Of a DNA stretch of 64,000 nucleotides, positions 42,109-51,655 are shown in pieces. The first letter of the stretch is position 1; each line of letters opens with the position of its first letter. Source of the DNA: an uncultured bacterium (lineage in GTDB: Bacteria > Desulfobacterota_D > UBA1144 > Nemesobacterales > UBA2774); NCBI GenBank assembly GCA_963825135.1, contig CAWGRW010000009.1:1216001-1280000 (forward strand). Direction: 5' to 3'. Under the pieces are notes generated by a model. It made no database searches. It had not been told where the DNA came from and saw only the letters and a list, made by a program, of their open reading frames with translations. The position numbers were made by a program, and so were the translations under genes.

Positions 42109-45100
42109 TCAATGATTCTTGAAGTCGATCGTATCGTTCAGGACGCCGTGGATGGCTTTGCTCAGCAGTTCGATGTTATATGGTTTCGTTACCACGCCCT
42201 TAAACCCGTATTCCCCGAATTTTGACATCACCGGGTCGTTTGAATAACCGCTCGACACGATCGACCTGACTGCCGGGTCTATTTCCATCAGTTTCTTTTG
42301 AGCCTCCTCGCCCCCCATCCCGCCGGGCACTGTGAGGTCGATCATTACAGCATCGTACGGAGCTCCTGAATTCATTGCTTTAGCATATTTTTCGATTGCT
42401 TCGTGACCGTCGGACGCGTACTCGACTTCGTATCCCAGCTGGCTGATCATTTCTCCCGCTACCTCCCTCACCATCTGCTCGTCGTCCATTATAAGTATTC
42501 TCCCGTAACCCGTAAGTATATTCACCGGGCTCTCGCCGGAGCTGGGCTTTCCCGCGGCAGCCGGCAGATAAATATCGAACCTTGAGCCTTCGCCGATCTT
42601 CGAAGAGACCTCGATATGCCCCTGGTGGTTTTTGACGATCGAATATACGGTAGCCAATCCCAGCCCGCTCCCCCTCTGTTTAGTCGTGAAATAAGGGTCG
42701 AATATTCTGTCTATGAGCTCTTCCGTCATTCCGATTCCGGTATCCCGTATCGCAATGTTCAGGTACCTGCACACTCCCGGATGGTTATCGTTCTTCACGC
42801 CCCGCTCCACGTTGGTTGCGTTCACCTGGATGATACCCCCGTCGGGCATGGCCTGGTCGGAGTTGATTATGAGGTTGTGAATGACCTGACTTATCTGACC
42901 TTCGTCCACTTCCACCGGCCACAGGTCGTCATCTATCTCGAATTGACACTTGACCTTCGATCCGCTGACGACGAAATTGGCCGTGTCCATAATCAGATCG
43001 CCCAGCGATTTTACGAATTCCTTTACGGGGGCCCCCCCTTTGGAGAACGTCAGCAGCTGCGAGGTCAGGTCTCTGGCCCTGAAGGATGCATTCTCCGCTT
43101 CCGTCAATCTTCCGTAGATTTTGTCTTTCGGGTCGAGTTTCATTTTCGATACCGAAATATTACCCAGGATAACCGTGAGTAGATTATTGAAATCGTGAGC
43201 TATCCCTCCGGCCAGGACCCCGAGTGACTCGAGTTTCTCCGCTTTGAAAAGCTCCTCCTCGAATCTCTTCCTGTCCGTAATGTCCCGGGATACGATGACG
43301 CACCTCGTCTCCCCGCTCACGGTATCGACGGTCTGGCCCGTGCTCTCAAACCATCTCCAGTTTCCGTTCTTGTGCCTGTATCTGAAAACCGCTTTCCCCG
43401 GGGTCTGGCTCCCTATTACCCTGCTGAATTCCTTCAGGGCGAGCGGGAGATCGCCCGGATGAATATTCTCGAAAATATTTCTGCCCATGAGCTCTTCAGG
43501 CTTATATCCGAGTACTTCCTCGTGCTTCGGGCTCAGATAAATGAACCTTCCGTCCGCGCTTGTCTCGACGATCAGGTCGTTTATATTTTCAACCAGGGTC
43601 CGGTACCTGTTCGCGCTCTCTTTAAGCATGTCCTCGGCGTTCTTAAGGTCGGTTATGTCTTCCACCACCGACATTCCTCCCACGATATTGCCTTGTGCGT
43701 CCTTGAGGGGCGAAGCGGAGACAAGTATATAATTCTCTATGTCGCCCGTAGTTGATTTGTAATGACCCTCGTGTCTCGATTTCTGTCCCTGAACTGCCTG
43801 TTCGTGAATGTAATTGAACGATTTGTCTCTCAGCTCGTTTATATCGAGGCCGATTATCTTGTCACGTGAGGAGTGCATTATCTCGGCGTGGCGCTCGTTG
43901 ACGTTTGTAATGATCAAGTCTTTATCGTACGTATATACCCCGATGGGCGTTTGCTCGAAAAGCGTTCTGTATCTCTCTTCGGATTCCTTTAGGGCCCCGG
44001 CTCGGCGGGCGTTGTTAACGGCGATCTCTATCTGAGCCGCTATGATTTCAAGCAGGTCGAGCTCGTCCTTGTCGAATGCGTTCTTCCTGAGTGAATTTAT
44101 ATCTATGCAGCCGATGGTCTTACCGTCATATTTTATGGGCATTGAAGCGTAGCTCTTAGTACCAACTTCTTTTCCCGCCGGACCTATAACGTCATCGGTT
44201 TCTGCATCCTGACAATAAAGCAGCTTCTCCTCTATGAGTGCTTTCCAGGTAAAACCTTTCGGGTATGGAATTTTATTCGCCAGTCTGACAAATAAGTCCG
44301 GGTATCCCCGGTAAGCTTTAAGTACAGCTATATTTCCTTCGATAAAGTAGATAGCTACGTAGTCGGCGCTTTCCAGATTCTTGTTCATCGCGTCGACCGC
44401 GTTTTCGAGGACTTCCTGTATGTTTATGGAGCTATGAACACTCCTTGTGATCGTTCCGATAATTTCTTCGTATCTTTTTTTCTTGGATAATTCCCCTAAT
44501 TTTTGTTTAATGTCCTCCTCGGACTTTTTCAGCGCCTCGACTTGTCTTGCGTTCTTAATGGCCGATTCCAGCTGCCTGGCCACGATCTGGAGCATGTCGA
44601 GGTCTTCTGTGGAGAACCGGTTCTTTTCCTGAGAATGAATATGTATGCAGCCGACGGTCGTGCCGTCGGACTGTATGGGCATGGACAAGTAGCTCTTCGT
44701 TCCGAACTCTTTTCCCGCGGGGCCTAATGCGTTATCTTCGTCGGTGTCGGGTACATACCTGGGTTTCCCCTCCAGGATCGTTTTCCACGTCGCGCCTTTG
44801 GGATAGGGAATTCTTCTTACGCGCTCTATGTACCAGTCCGTGTGTCCCCTGTCCGCCATTAATACCGCATCATTCCCCTCGACGACGAAAATAACCACAT
44901 TGCTGGCCCCTTCCACATTTTTGTTCAGCGCATCCACTGCGTTTTCGAATACCTCCTGCAAGTCGAGTGATTTGTGCAAGCTTTCCGTTACTGCGCGGAC
45001 GATGGATTCATACCTGTTCTTTTTGGACAGCAGCTCGACGTGCCGGCTCAGGTCCTCTTCCCTTTTTCTCGACTCGGTTATATCGATAACGTCGGCTATG

Positions 45101-46410
45101 AATACCTTCCTGCCTTTGAAGCCCGATACCTGCAGATACGTTTCGACCGGATACAGCGTGCCGTCCTTTCGCCGGTGCACGCCTTCGACCCTTATTTTTT
45201 TACGGTCGCCGGAAATCAGGGGTTCGACTTTGCCGAAGAAGTCCGGCGTGAGGTCGGGGTTTATATCAACTGGGTCGAGATCGAGAAATTCATCGGATGT
45301 ATATCCGAGGTTGAGTCTGGCGCCCTTATTCACCTGGAGGAACTTGTACGATTCCGCATCGAAAATATAAATCTCATTCAGGGATTCTTCGAGGATTTCA
45401 CCGAAACTCTTGGCGAGTTCCTGCGTTTTCATCCGCTCGATTGCAATCCGGGCCAGGTTCGTCGCCGTTTCTATGATCTTTTTTTCACGAGAGCTCGGGG
45501 AATTGGTGTGGTCGTAGTACATGGCGAATGTGCCGAGGACATTCTTATCGGTCGATATTATGGGGGTGGACCAGCAGGCTTTGAGATCGTGCTTTAATGC
45601 CAGGTGTTTGTAATCCGCCCACAGCGGATCAGTTTCGATGTCGCTTACGATTACGGGCTTTTTCATGTAAGCCGCTGTACCGCACGAGCCGATAGAGGGC
45701 CCTATCTGCAGGCCGTCTATGGCTTTTATATATTCTTTCGGCAGGCTCGGCGCGGCGCCGTGCCTGAGATGTTTTCCCTTCTCGTCCACGAGGAGGAAGG
45801 AACAGAGCATTCCGGGCGACTGTATCTCTATTTCCCGGCATAAATAATCGAGGGTGCGGCTTAATGACGAGTTCCGCGTGATCATCTCGAGCACTTTATT
45901 TTCCGTATTCAGCGAGAATTCCGCGTTCTTCATTTCCGTGATGTCTTCGCATAATATATTTATGCAGGTTTTTCTATTGCCGGTGAGTGTCGCCACGGCG
46001 TTTTCACGGACCCAGATTAAACTGCCGTCTTTTTTAACCTTGCGTATCTCCCACGTGTGCACCTTGTTCGGGTTGTTCAGGCATTTTTTCAGCTGAGCGA
46101 GAACGCTTTTTCTATCCTCGGGATAAAACACGTTAAGGACAGGCTGCCCTATAAGTTCCCCCGCGGAGTAGCCGAGGTGCTCCGCGCCGATTGAATTCAC
46201 GGCTCTGACTATGCCTTCCCTGTCGATCGTGAAGTTCATGAGCGGGCTGAACTCATAAAATGATTTGTATAGTGATTGTTGGTCAGGCCCCGGACGGGAA
46301 TTTTTCTGCGAATGGCGGGAGCCGCCGCCGGGCCCGCCCGACGGTTTTCTTGCGCCTTTTAATTTTTCTTTATTCCCGTTTTTCGATTCGGATTTTCCCT
46401 GCGTTCTCAT
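42109..46410 (-). CDS. Soluble hybrid sensor histidine kinase (multiple PAS and GAF domains, HisKA, HATPase, REC)
   Basis: AGGIAHDFNNLL, FTTK..GSGLGL and ILIMDDE...MIDL receiver; repeated PAS-PAC ends (DIT). Confidence 0.93.
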   Translation of the reverse strand: MRTQGKSESKNGNKEKLKGARKPSGGPGGGSRHSQKNSRPGPDQQSLYKSFYEFSPLMNFTIDREGIVRAVNSIGAEHLGYSAGELIGQPVLNVFYPEDRKSVLAQLKKCLNNPNKVHTWEIRKVKKDGSLIWVRENAVATLTGNRKTCINILCEDITEMKNAEFSLNTENKVLEMITRNSSLSRTLDYLCREIEIQSPGMLCSFLLVDEKGKHLRHGAAPSLPKEYIKAIDGLQIGPSIGSCGTAAYMKKPVIVSDIETDPLWADYKHLALKHDLKACWSTPIISTDKNVLGTFAMYYDHTNSPSSREKKIIETATNLARIAIERMKTQELAKSFGEILEESLNEIYIFDAESYKFLQVNKGARLNLGYTSDEFLDLDPVDINPDLTPDFFGKVEPLISGDRKKIRVEGVHRRKDGTLYPVETYLQVSGFKGRKVFIADVIDITESRKREEDLSRHVELLSKKNRYESIVRAVTESLHKSLDLQEVFENAVDALNKNVEGASNVVIFVVEGNDAVLMADRGHTDWYIERVRRIPYPKGATWKTILEGKPRYVPDTDEDNALGPAGKEFGTKSYLSMPIQSDGTTVGCIHIHSQEKNRFSTEDLDMLQIVARQLESAIKNARQVEALKKSEEDIKQKLGELSKKKRYEEIIGTITRSVHSSINIQEVLENAVDAMNKNLESADYVAIYFIEGNIAVLKAYRGYPDLFVRLANKIPYPKGFTWKALIEEKLLYCQDAETDDVIGPAGKEVGTKSYASMPIKYDGKTIGCIDINSLRKNAFDKDELDLLEIIAAQIEIAVNNARRAGALKESEERYRTLFEQTPIGVYTYDKDLIITNVNERHAEIMHSSRDKIIGLDINELRDKSFNYIHEQAVQGQKSRHEGHYKSTTGDIENYILVSASPLKDAQGNIVGGMSVVEDITDLKNAEDMLKESANRYRTLVENINDLIVETSADGRFIYLSPKHEEVLGYKPEELMGRNIFENIHPGDLPLALKEFSRVIGSQTPGKAVFRYRHKNGNWRWFESTGQTVDTVSGETRCVIVSRDITDRKRFEEELFKAEKLESLGVLAGGIAHDFNNLLTVILGNISVSKMKLDPKDKIYGRLTEAENASFRARDLTSQLLTFSKGGAPVKEFVKSLGDLIMDTANFVVSGSKVKCQFEIDDDLWPVEVDEGQISQVIHNLIINSDQAMPDGGIIQVNATNVERGVKNDNHPGVCRYLNIAIRDTGIGMTEELIDRIFDPYFTTKQRGSGLGLATVYSIVKNHQGHIEVSSKIGEGSRFDIYLPAAAGKPSSGESPVNILTGYGRILIMDDEQMVREVAGEMISQLGYEVEYASDGHEAIEKYAKAMNSGAPYDAVMIDLTVPGGMGGEEAQKKLMEIDPAVRSIVSSGYSNDPVMSKFGEYGFKGVVTKPYNIELLSKAIHGVLNDTIDFKNH

Positions 46411-46704
46411 CGTCCCTCTAGGATGCGTTTAAGGGATATACCGGACTCCGTACGAGACTCCCCGCCGCTATGAGCCTTCTCATAGCCGCCCGGAAATAAA
46501 GACCGAATAACCATGAACAAATTATAATCCCATTCCGGTCACAATTGGCAGAATATTTGCAGGTGCATATTCTTAATAATGATGGTTGATTGCCGTTACG
46601 CCGGATGGGTGTTCGGCCGGGCGAATTGGATCATGTATCGATGGGAAAAACTTGTTATATATCCGCAATGGGAATCGTGATATCCCGTCTCCGCCGGCTG
46701 GCAA

Positions 46705-48402
46705 TCACCAGGACCCGCCCCCGCCCCCGCCGAAACCCCCGCCGCTCGACCCGCCTCCGCCTAATCCGCTCCCGCCCGACTTCCTCGGGGTTGACGACAG
46801 CGAGCTGTTCATCGCCCCCAGGCTTCTGCCGAGGTCCGAGACGAACATGTTCGGCGAAAACGAGTTTCCATAGTTGGGGGAGGAATACCAGGACGGCGGC
46901 TCCCTGTACATGTCCCGGAACGCACTTGCCCACTTGTCCTCCAGTCCGAAAACGAGAGCGAAGGGGAGTACCCTGTCGAACAGCGTCGGGTCGTCCTTTG
47001 CCAGCGCCTCGATCCTGTCCTTCTCAGCCCTGTCGATGAATTCCCTGAACCCGAGGAGCTCTTCGTTGAGGAGCGCTCCCTCCCGGGTTTTTCTCGGCAT
47101 ATACCTCGACGATACGAGTATTATCAACCCCGAAAGAGCGATCGAGATTTTCAGAAGGAAGTTGCTGAAAAGCACAAAGGCCAATATAAGAATTACTATT
47201 CCAATCCACTTGTAAATGCCCTTCACCTTCTCCGGGTCGGCAGGGAAATATTTCTTGCCGACGAGCTCATCGTAGAGCGCCTTTTTTATGGGAGGCAGCT
47301 CGGTGTAAAATTTGTCCCTGAGGTCTGAGACCAGGACTTTTTCCTTGCCCTTGAAGATGCCGGAAAAAATCTTCTCTTCGTGAGGCTTTAATTCGCCCTG
47401 ACCCGGCTCCTTGGTTTTTATCAGCCTGTAATCCCTGTCCGAGAAGAAAAAGAATTTCGTGCTTTCGGTTTCTTCGATCTTGAGATAACCCCTCACGGCG
47501 AGGTCTATTATCGTGGAGGTGATGTCGAGTATGTCGGCTCTTTCGTCGACGAGCGTCCCTGCTTCGGCGGGGGTCAGGTCCTTGGGGGGCTCATATCTTA
47601 CCGTGATGACGCCCTTTCCCTCGGGGTCTCTCCCGCGGGTGCTCCACAAATACGCTATAACGAAAAAGGTGAGAAACGGGAGCCCGAAATACCAGTTGTC
47701 TGTGAGGAACCATATCGCCTTCGTCATTGGCGAGGGCTCCTCGATCAGCCCCTTGGGCACTCCCACAACGATGGTGAGTCCCTGACCGGCCCAGAGCGAG
47801 CTCCTGGCCAAAAAGTTTACCATCCCCGGTGTAATCTTATAATTGCATTCCTTATCTGTCGAGCCCCTCCCCCCTGTATAACATTCGGCCTTTACCCCCT
47901 CACTCGTCTGTTCATCGAAAGAGACGCCGGCGCTCGCTCTCAATATCGAGATTGTCCATTCGTCGCCCGTTACGTTCCAGTACAGCTCGTCGTGGTCTTC
48001 AAAAAACGCTATCGCCCCCCTCACCGTATATTCGATCCTGTATCCGTGCACGCCTGTCACGGTCGTATCCGGATCGCCGATCCTGATGTGGATATTTCCT
48101 CCGGAGGTGCTGACTTCGTATTTGTACGGGTCACCGTCGAAATCGGTGACGTCCTTAACGTCGAGCTTGATGCTGTACCTTTTGTAACCGAAGTCGTAGT
48201 TGTACGGGATGTCCCTGTAAATGCCGTGCCGCTCGGCGTATTGAAAGTCGTACTCTATATCTTCACGCACGTCTATGGTGCCGTCGCGCTTTATGGATAT
48301 TTCGGAGTGAAAGTTCTTTATTTCCTCCGCCCGGGCCCCGGCGGAAAACGATAAGCACAGGATGGAGGCAATCAATAATATCAGGGCTGTTAATCTACTC
48401 AT
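46705..48402 (-). CDS. DUF2207-family membrane protein
   Basis: HGIYRDIP, DELYWNVTG, LPFALVFG and Gly-rich GGGGGGSW end; downstream of lemA. Confidence 0.88.
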   Translation of the reverse strand: MSRLTALILLIASILCLSFSAGARAEEIKNFHSEISIKRDGTIDVREDIEYDFQYAERHGIYRDIPYNYDFGYKRYSIKLDVKDVTDFDGDPYKYEVSTSGGNIHIRIGDPDTTVTGVHGYRIEYTVRGAIAFFEDHDELYWNVTGDEWTISILRASAGVSFDEQTSEGVKAECYTGGRGSTDKECNYKITPGMVNFLARSSLWAGQGLTIVVGVPKGLIEEPSPMTKAIWFLTDNWYFGLPFLTFFVIAYLWSTRGRDPEGKGVITVRYEPPKDLTPAEAGTLVDERADILDITSTIIDLAVRGYLKIEETESTKFFFFSDRDYRLIKTKEPGQGELKPHEEKIFSGIFKGKEKVLVSDLRDKFYTELPPIKKALYDELVGKKYFPADPEKVKGIYKWIGIVILILAFVLFSNFLLKISIALSGLIILVSSRYMPRKTREGALLNEELLGFREFIDRAEKDRIEALAKDDPTLFDRVLPFALVFGLEDKWASAFRDMYREPPSWYSSPNYGNSFSPNMFVSDLGRSLGAMNSSLSSTPRKSGGSGLGGGGSSGGGFGGGGGGSW

Positions 48403-48427
48403 CTGGAGGAGTGTCCGTTTCAGACGC

Positions 48428-48985
48428 CTAGCTGAAACTCACCTGAGGGGCCTTTCTTTCCTCGGCCGATTCGAGCTCAAAAAACTCTTTCTTCTGGAAG
48501 TTGAACGCGCTCGCGACGAAGTTGCTCGGCACGGACTCTATTTTCGTGTTCAGGTCCCTCACTACGGCGTTATAGTAGCGGCGGGCTAGCTGGATCTGCT
48601 CCTCAATATTTGCAAGCTCCGTCTGGAGCTGTATGAAGTTCTGGTTCGCCTTGAGGTCGGGGTACGCTTCGGCAAGGGCGAAGAGGCTCTTTAACGTCGA
48701 TTGCAGAAAATTCTCCGCCTGCGCCTTGTCAACGGGTGTAGCGGCCTGCATCGCCTGGTTTCTCGCCTGCACCACCTTCTCGAACGTTTCTTTTTCGTGC
48801 GAAGCGTAGCCCTTCACGGTTTCTACAAGGTTCGGGACTAGGTCGTATCTCCTTTTAAGCTGCACGTCTACATCGGACCACGCCTGTTCGGACATGTTCC
48901 TCAATCGTACAAGCCCGTTATAGATGCCGATTAACGCGAATACCACGAGAGCGATTATTACGAGCAGTATCAGGAACGAAGACAT
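48428..48985 (-). CDS. lemA: LemA family protein
   Basis: VQLKRRYDLVPNLV, EAYPDLKAN and ARRYYN motifs. Confidence 0.93.
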   Translation of the reverse strand: MSSFLILLVIIALVVFALIGIYNGLVRLRNMSEQAWSDVDVQLKRRYDLVPNLVETVKGYASHEKETFEKVVQARNQAMQAATPVDKAQAENFLQSTLKSLFALAEAYPDLKANQNFIQLQTELANIEEQIQLARRYYNAVVRDLNTKIESVPSNFVASAFNFQKKEFFELESAEERKAPQVSFS

Positions 48986-49160
48986 ATCTTTCTCCCTCCA
49001 CAATAGCCGGATAGATTTACAAAGATTATCTGTTAATTGTTAATGCCGGATAAATTATAAATCAATTTGAAGCCGGAGGCGAAGGAATTTTAATGAAGAT
49101 GAAATACCGGCCCGAATGTCCCTGTTCTACGCCGGAAAGGCCGAGAGAACATGGCGCTCT

Positions 49161-50384
49161 TTACCAGAGGGGATTGAACGTAAGCCCCGAGAGTATCTTG
49201 GGGTAAAAATACGTGGTCTTGTGGGGCATCCTTTCACCGGTCATTACGACCTCGAATATGTCGTTTGCCTTGAGTTCGGGGAGAATGAAAGCGAGCTCGT
49301 ACTCGCCATTCCTCACGAGCTCAAGAGCCTCGTCCGTATACTTCGTATAGAAAATACCGGATTTTTCCTCGTTCAGGATTTTCTTAAACACTATGTTGTG
49401 CAGCAGCATAACTCCCAACCTGGCATACCCGGGAAGCGCGGTTTTCGGCGCAGATACCCGGTAGACGGATCCGGTATCTTTAGTGACAACCGTAAATTCT
49501 TCGTATCCCATGTCCGAGAGTCCTTGTTTATACGGCATCTTCTCAACGGTAAACTCGCCCGCGAGCTTCGCCAGAAAACCGTCGGTTGTATACTGATCAA
49601 GGTTTTTAACGACCCTGTGCGTGGGGTTGATAATCAGTCCTTTGCCTTCCCCCCTCGCTATATACATCATAACGTATTCGAAGGGCTCTTCCCCGGCCCC
49701 GTCCCTTTTTCCCCTCTGTATATCCCTGTATTCGAGAGCCGTTTCGTACCTGTGATGGCCGTCTGCTATAAGGAAGCTCATGTCGGCCATTTTTTCGGTT
49801 ACGGACGCGATCGTCCCGGAGTCCGAGATCTTCCATAATCTGTTTCTTATGCCGTCCTTGTATACGACGTCGAATAACGGCTTTTCCGGGAGCTTCTCGT
49901 CTATCAGCTTCTCGATAGAACCCTCCGGGTCGGAATAAACAGAGAATACGGGGCTCATATTGGCTTTACACGCTGTGTTTAGCTTGAGTCTGTCGAGCTT
50001 ATGTTTAGGAAACGTCATTTCGTGGGGGAGGATCTTTTTTGTAGAGAAATCTTCGAGCTTAACCCTGGCAATGAACCCTTTGCGGGTGAACTTCTTTCCG
50101 CCTTCCTCGAAATCCTGATAATAGGGATAGATACTCGGCTCCGTGTCCTGGATTAGCGTGTCGTCGAGAAACCAGTCCCTGAATGTTTTTGCCGACCGTT
50201 CGTATTTACTATCCCCCTCTCCTTTGGGGAGGATGAGGCGGATTACATTCCGGGGATTCGCTTCGTGGAACTCTTCCTGCTCGCCGGGACTGATTACGTC
50301 GTAGGGGGGCGCAAGGATACTTCCGAAATCATCAATTTTGTCCGGATTATACCTTATTCCCTTGAACCCTCTTACAGTCGGCAT
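49161..50384 (-). CDS. DUF1015 family protein
   Basis: APPYDVIS, ILPHE, IADGHHRYETA and MPHKTTYFYPK motifs. Confidence 0.88.
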   Translation of the reverse strand: MPTVRGFKGIRYNPDKIDDFGSILAPPYDVISPGEQEEFHEANPRNVIRLILPKGEGDSKYERSAKTFRDWFLDDTLIQDTEPSIYPYYQDFEEGGKKFTRKGFIARVKLEDFSTKKILPHEMTFPKHKLDRLKLNTACKANMSPVFSVYSDPEGSIEKLIDEKLPEKPLFDVVYKDGIRNRLWKISDSGTIASVTEKMADMSFLIADGHHRYETALEYRDIQRGKRDGAGEEPFEYVMMYIARGEGKGLIINPTHRVVKNLDQYTTDGFLAKLAGEFTVEKMPYKQGLSDMGYEEFTVVTKDTGSVYRVSAPKTALPGYARLGVMLLHNIVFKKILNEEKSGIFYTKYTDEALELVRNGEYELAFILPELKANDIFEVVMTGERMPHKTTYFYPKILSGLTFNPLW

Positions 50385-51001
50385 CAGAAAAACTCCTTTA
50401 ATTTACGGAAGGTTATGTCTCCCTCTCTTATTATTTCGGGGGGAGTCGTCGTCGCGTCAACCACTGTAGACCCCTTCGAGGGCGGAATGTTACCAGAATC
50501 TATTATAAGTTCAACCTTGCCGTTGAACGCATCATGGATATCTTGGAACTCGATCAGGTTCACGCCGCCGCTCGGGTTGGCGCTTGTCGAGGTGATCGGG
50601 CCGTCCAGGTTGTTAAATAGCCTTATTACGAAAGGGTGAGCGGAAACCCTCACGGCCGCTTTTCCGGTCCCCGCCGTGATAACCTCCGGGAGCTTCCCTT
50701 TTTCCCTTAGTACGAGCGTAAGCGGCCCCGGCCAGAAATTCTCCGCAAGGGAGGCGGCCGTTTCGTTGAATTCGACCACTTCTTCAAGCATTTTCATATC
50801 CCTTCCCAGTACAGGGATAGGACTGCCGTGGGGCCGTCCTTTGATCTCGAATACCCTGCCCGCGGATTTCTCGCTCGACGCGAGGGCCCCGATCCCGTAC
50901 AGCGTCTCGGTCGGGTATATGATTATTCCGCCGCTTTTTAGAGCCGAGGCTGCTTTCCCGGGCGCTGCCGGGTCGGAGGCCTTGACGATTTCCGTCTTAA
51001 T
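50384..51001 (-). CDS. tsaC: L-threonylcarbamoyladenylate synthase (YrdC/TsaC); probable non-canonical start ATT at 51001
   Basis: The frame stays open upstream of ATG 50797 through the conserved IIYPTETLYGIG and IKGRP motifs. FWPGPLTL, TSANPSG and STVVD lie downstream. No ATG/GTG/TTG occurs between the in-frame TAG and these motifs. Confidence 0.9.
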   Translation of the reverse strand: MKTEIVKASDPAAPGKAASALKSGGIIIYPTETLYGIGALASSEKSAGRVFEIKGRPHGSPIPVLGRDMKMLEEVVEFNETAASLAENFWPGPLTLVLREKGKLPEVITAGTGKAAVRVSAHPFVIRLFNNLDGPITSTSANPSGGVNLIEFQDIHDAFNGKVELIIDSGNIPPSKGSTVVDATTTPPEIIREGDITFRKLKEFF

Positions 51002-51203
51002 TATTGATCTATCGATTACGCTCTATCCCCGCCTGCCGAGCTTCATCCCATGCCCGTTACGAACCCCGGAAATCCGGACAAACACCTCCAATCCGGGGCT
51101 ATCTGTATAGAGATTTAACATATCGTCTTTATATTTAGTTTTCAAGGATGCGCAAGGTGTCTTTAAATTATGATTTTCTTTCGGTATATTGTATTGGTTA
51201 AAC

Positions 51204-51231
51204 TTGACAAAGCGGTCGGGATGGTTATTTT
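51204..51231 (+). promoter_or_regulatory. Putative sigma70 promoter of groESL
   Basis: TTGACA-16-TATTTT. Confidence 0.45.
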
Positions 51232-51322
51232 AATTCGCGGCACGAAAGCTTATTAGAGTAAACACTGTAATTCCAGCCATTTATAAATTTCATATAATAA
51301 CCTTGTAAGGAGGAAGTTTACA

Positions 51323-51610
51323 ATGAAGGTAAGGCCACTGCACGATAAGGTTTTGATTGAGAGACTTGATACCGAGGAAACTACAAAAGGCGGTATTATC
51401 ATTCCCGATACCGCGAAAGAAAAGCCGCAGGAAGGCAAGGTAGTAGCGGTCGGGACCGGGAGAATCCTCGAAGACGGTACGAAAAAGCCGCTTGAGATAA
51501 AGAAAGGGGACAAGGTTCTCTTCAACAAGTACGGGGCGATCGACATTACTATAGACGGAGAGGATTACCTTATACTCAGGGAAGAAGACATATTAGCTAT
51601 AGTTGATTGA
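51323..51610 (+). CDS. groES: Co-chaperonin GroES
   Basis: [22 protein letters not shown] and ILREEDILA motifs. Confidence 0.97.
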   Translation: MKVRPLHDKVLIERLDTEETTKGGIIIPDTAKEKPQEGKVVAVGTGRILEDGTKKPLEIKKGDKVLFNKYGAIDITIDGEDYLILREEDILAIVD

Positions 51611-51655
51611 AAAAATCGAAGTGCATAGAAAACATCTTAGGAGGTCACACAAGCA

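Noticed and set aside
46705..46770. GC-rich low-complexity repeats (also groEL 3' end)
   Set aside because: They encode the normal Gly-rich tails of DUF2207 and GroEL; not CRISPR or VNTR.
51238..51265. CIRCE/HrcA operator upstream of groES (also sought at hsp20)
   Set aside because: Only GCAC...GAGT fragments with wrong spacing; no TTAGCACTC-N9-GAGTGCTAA.
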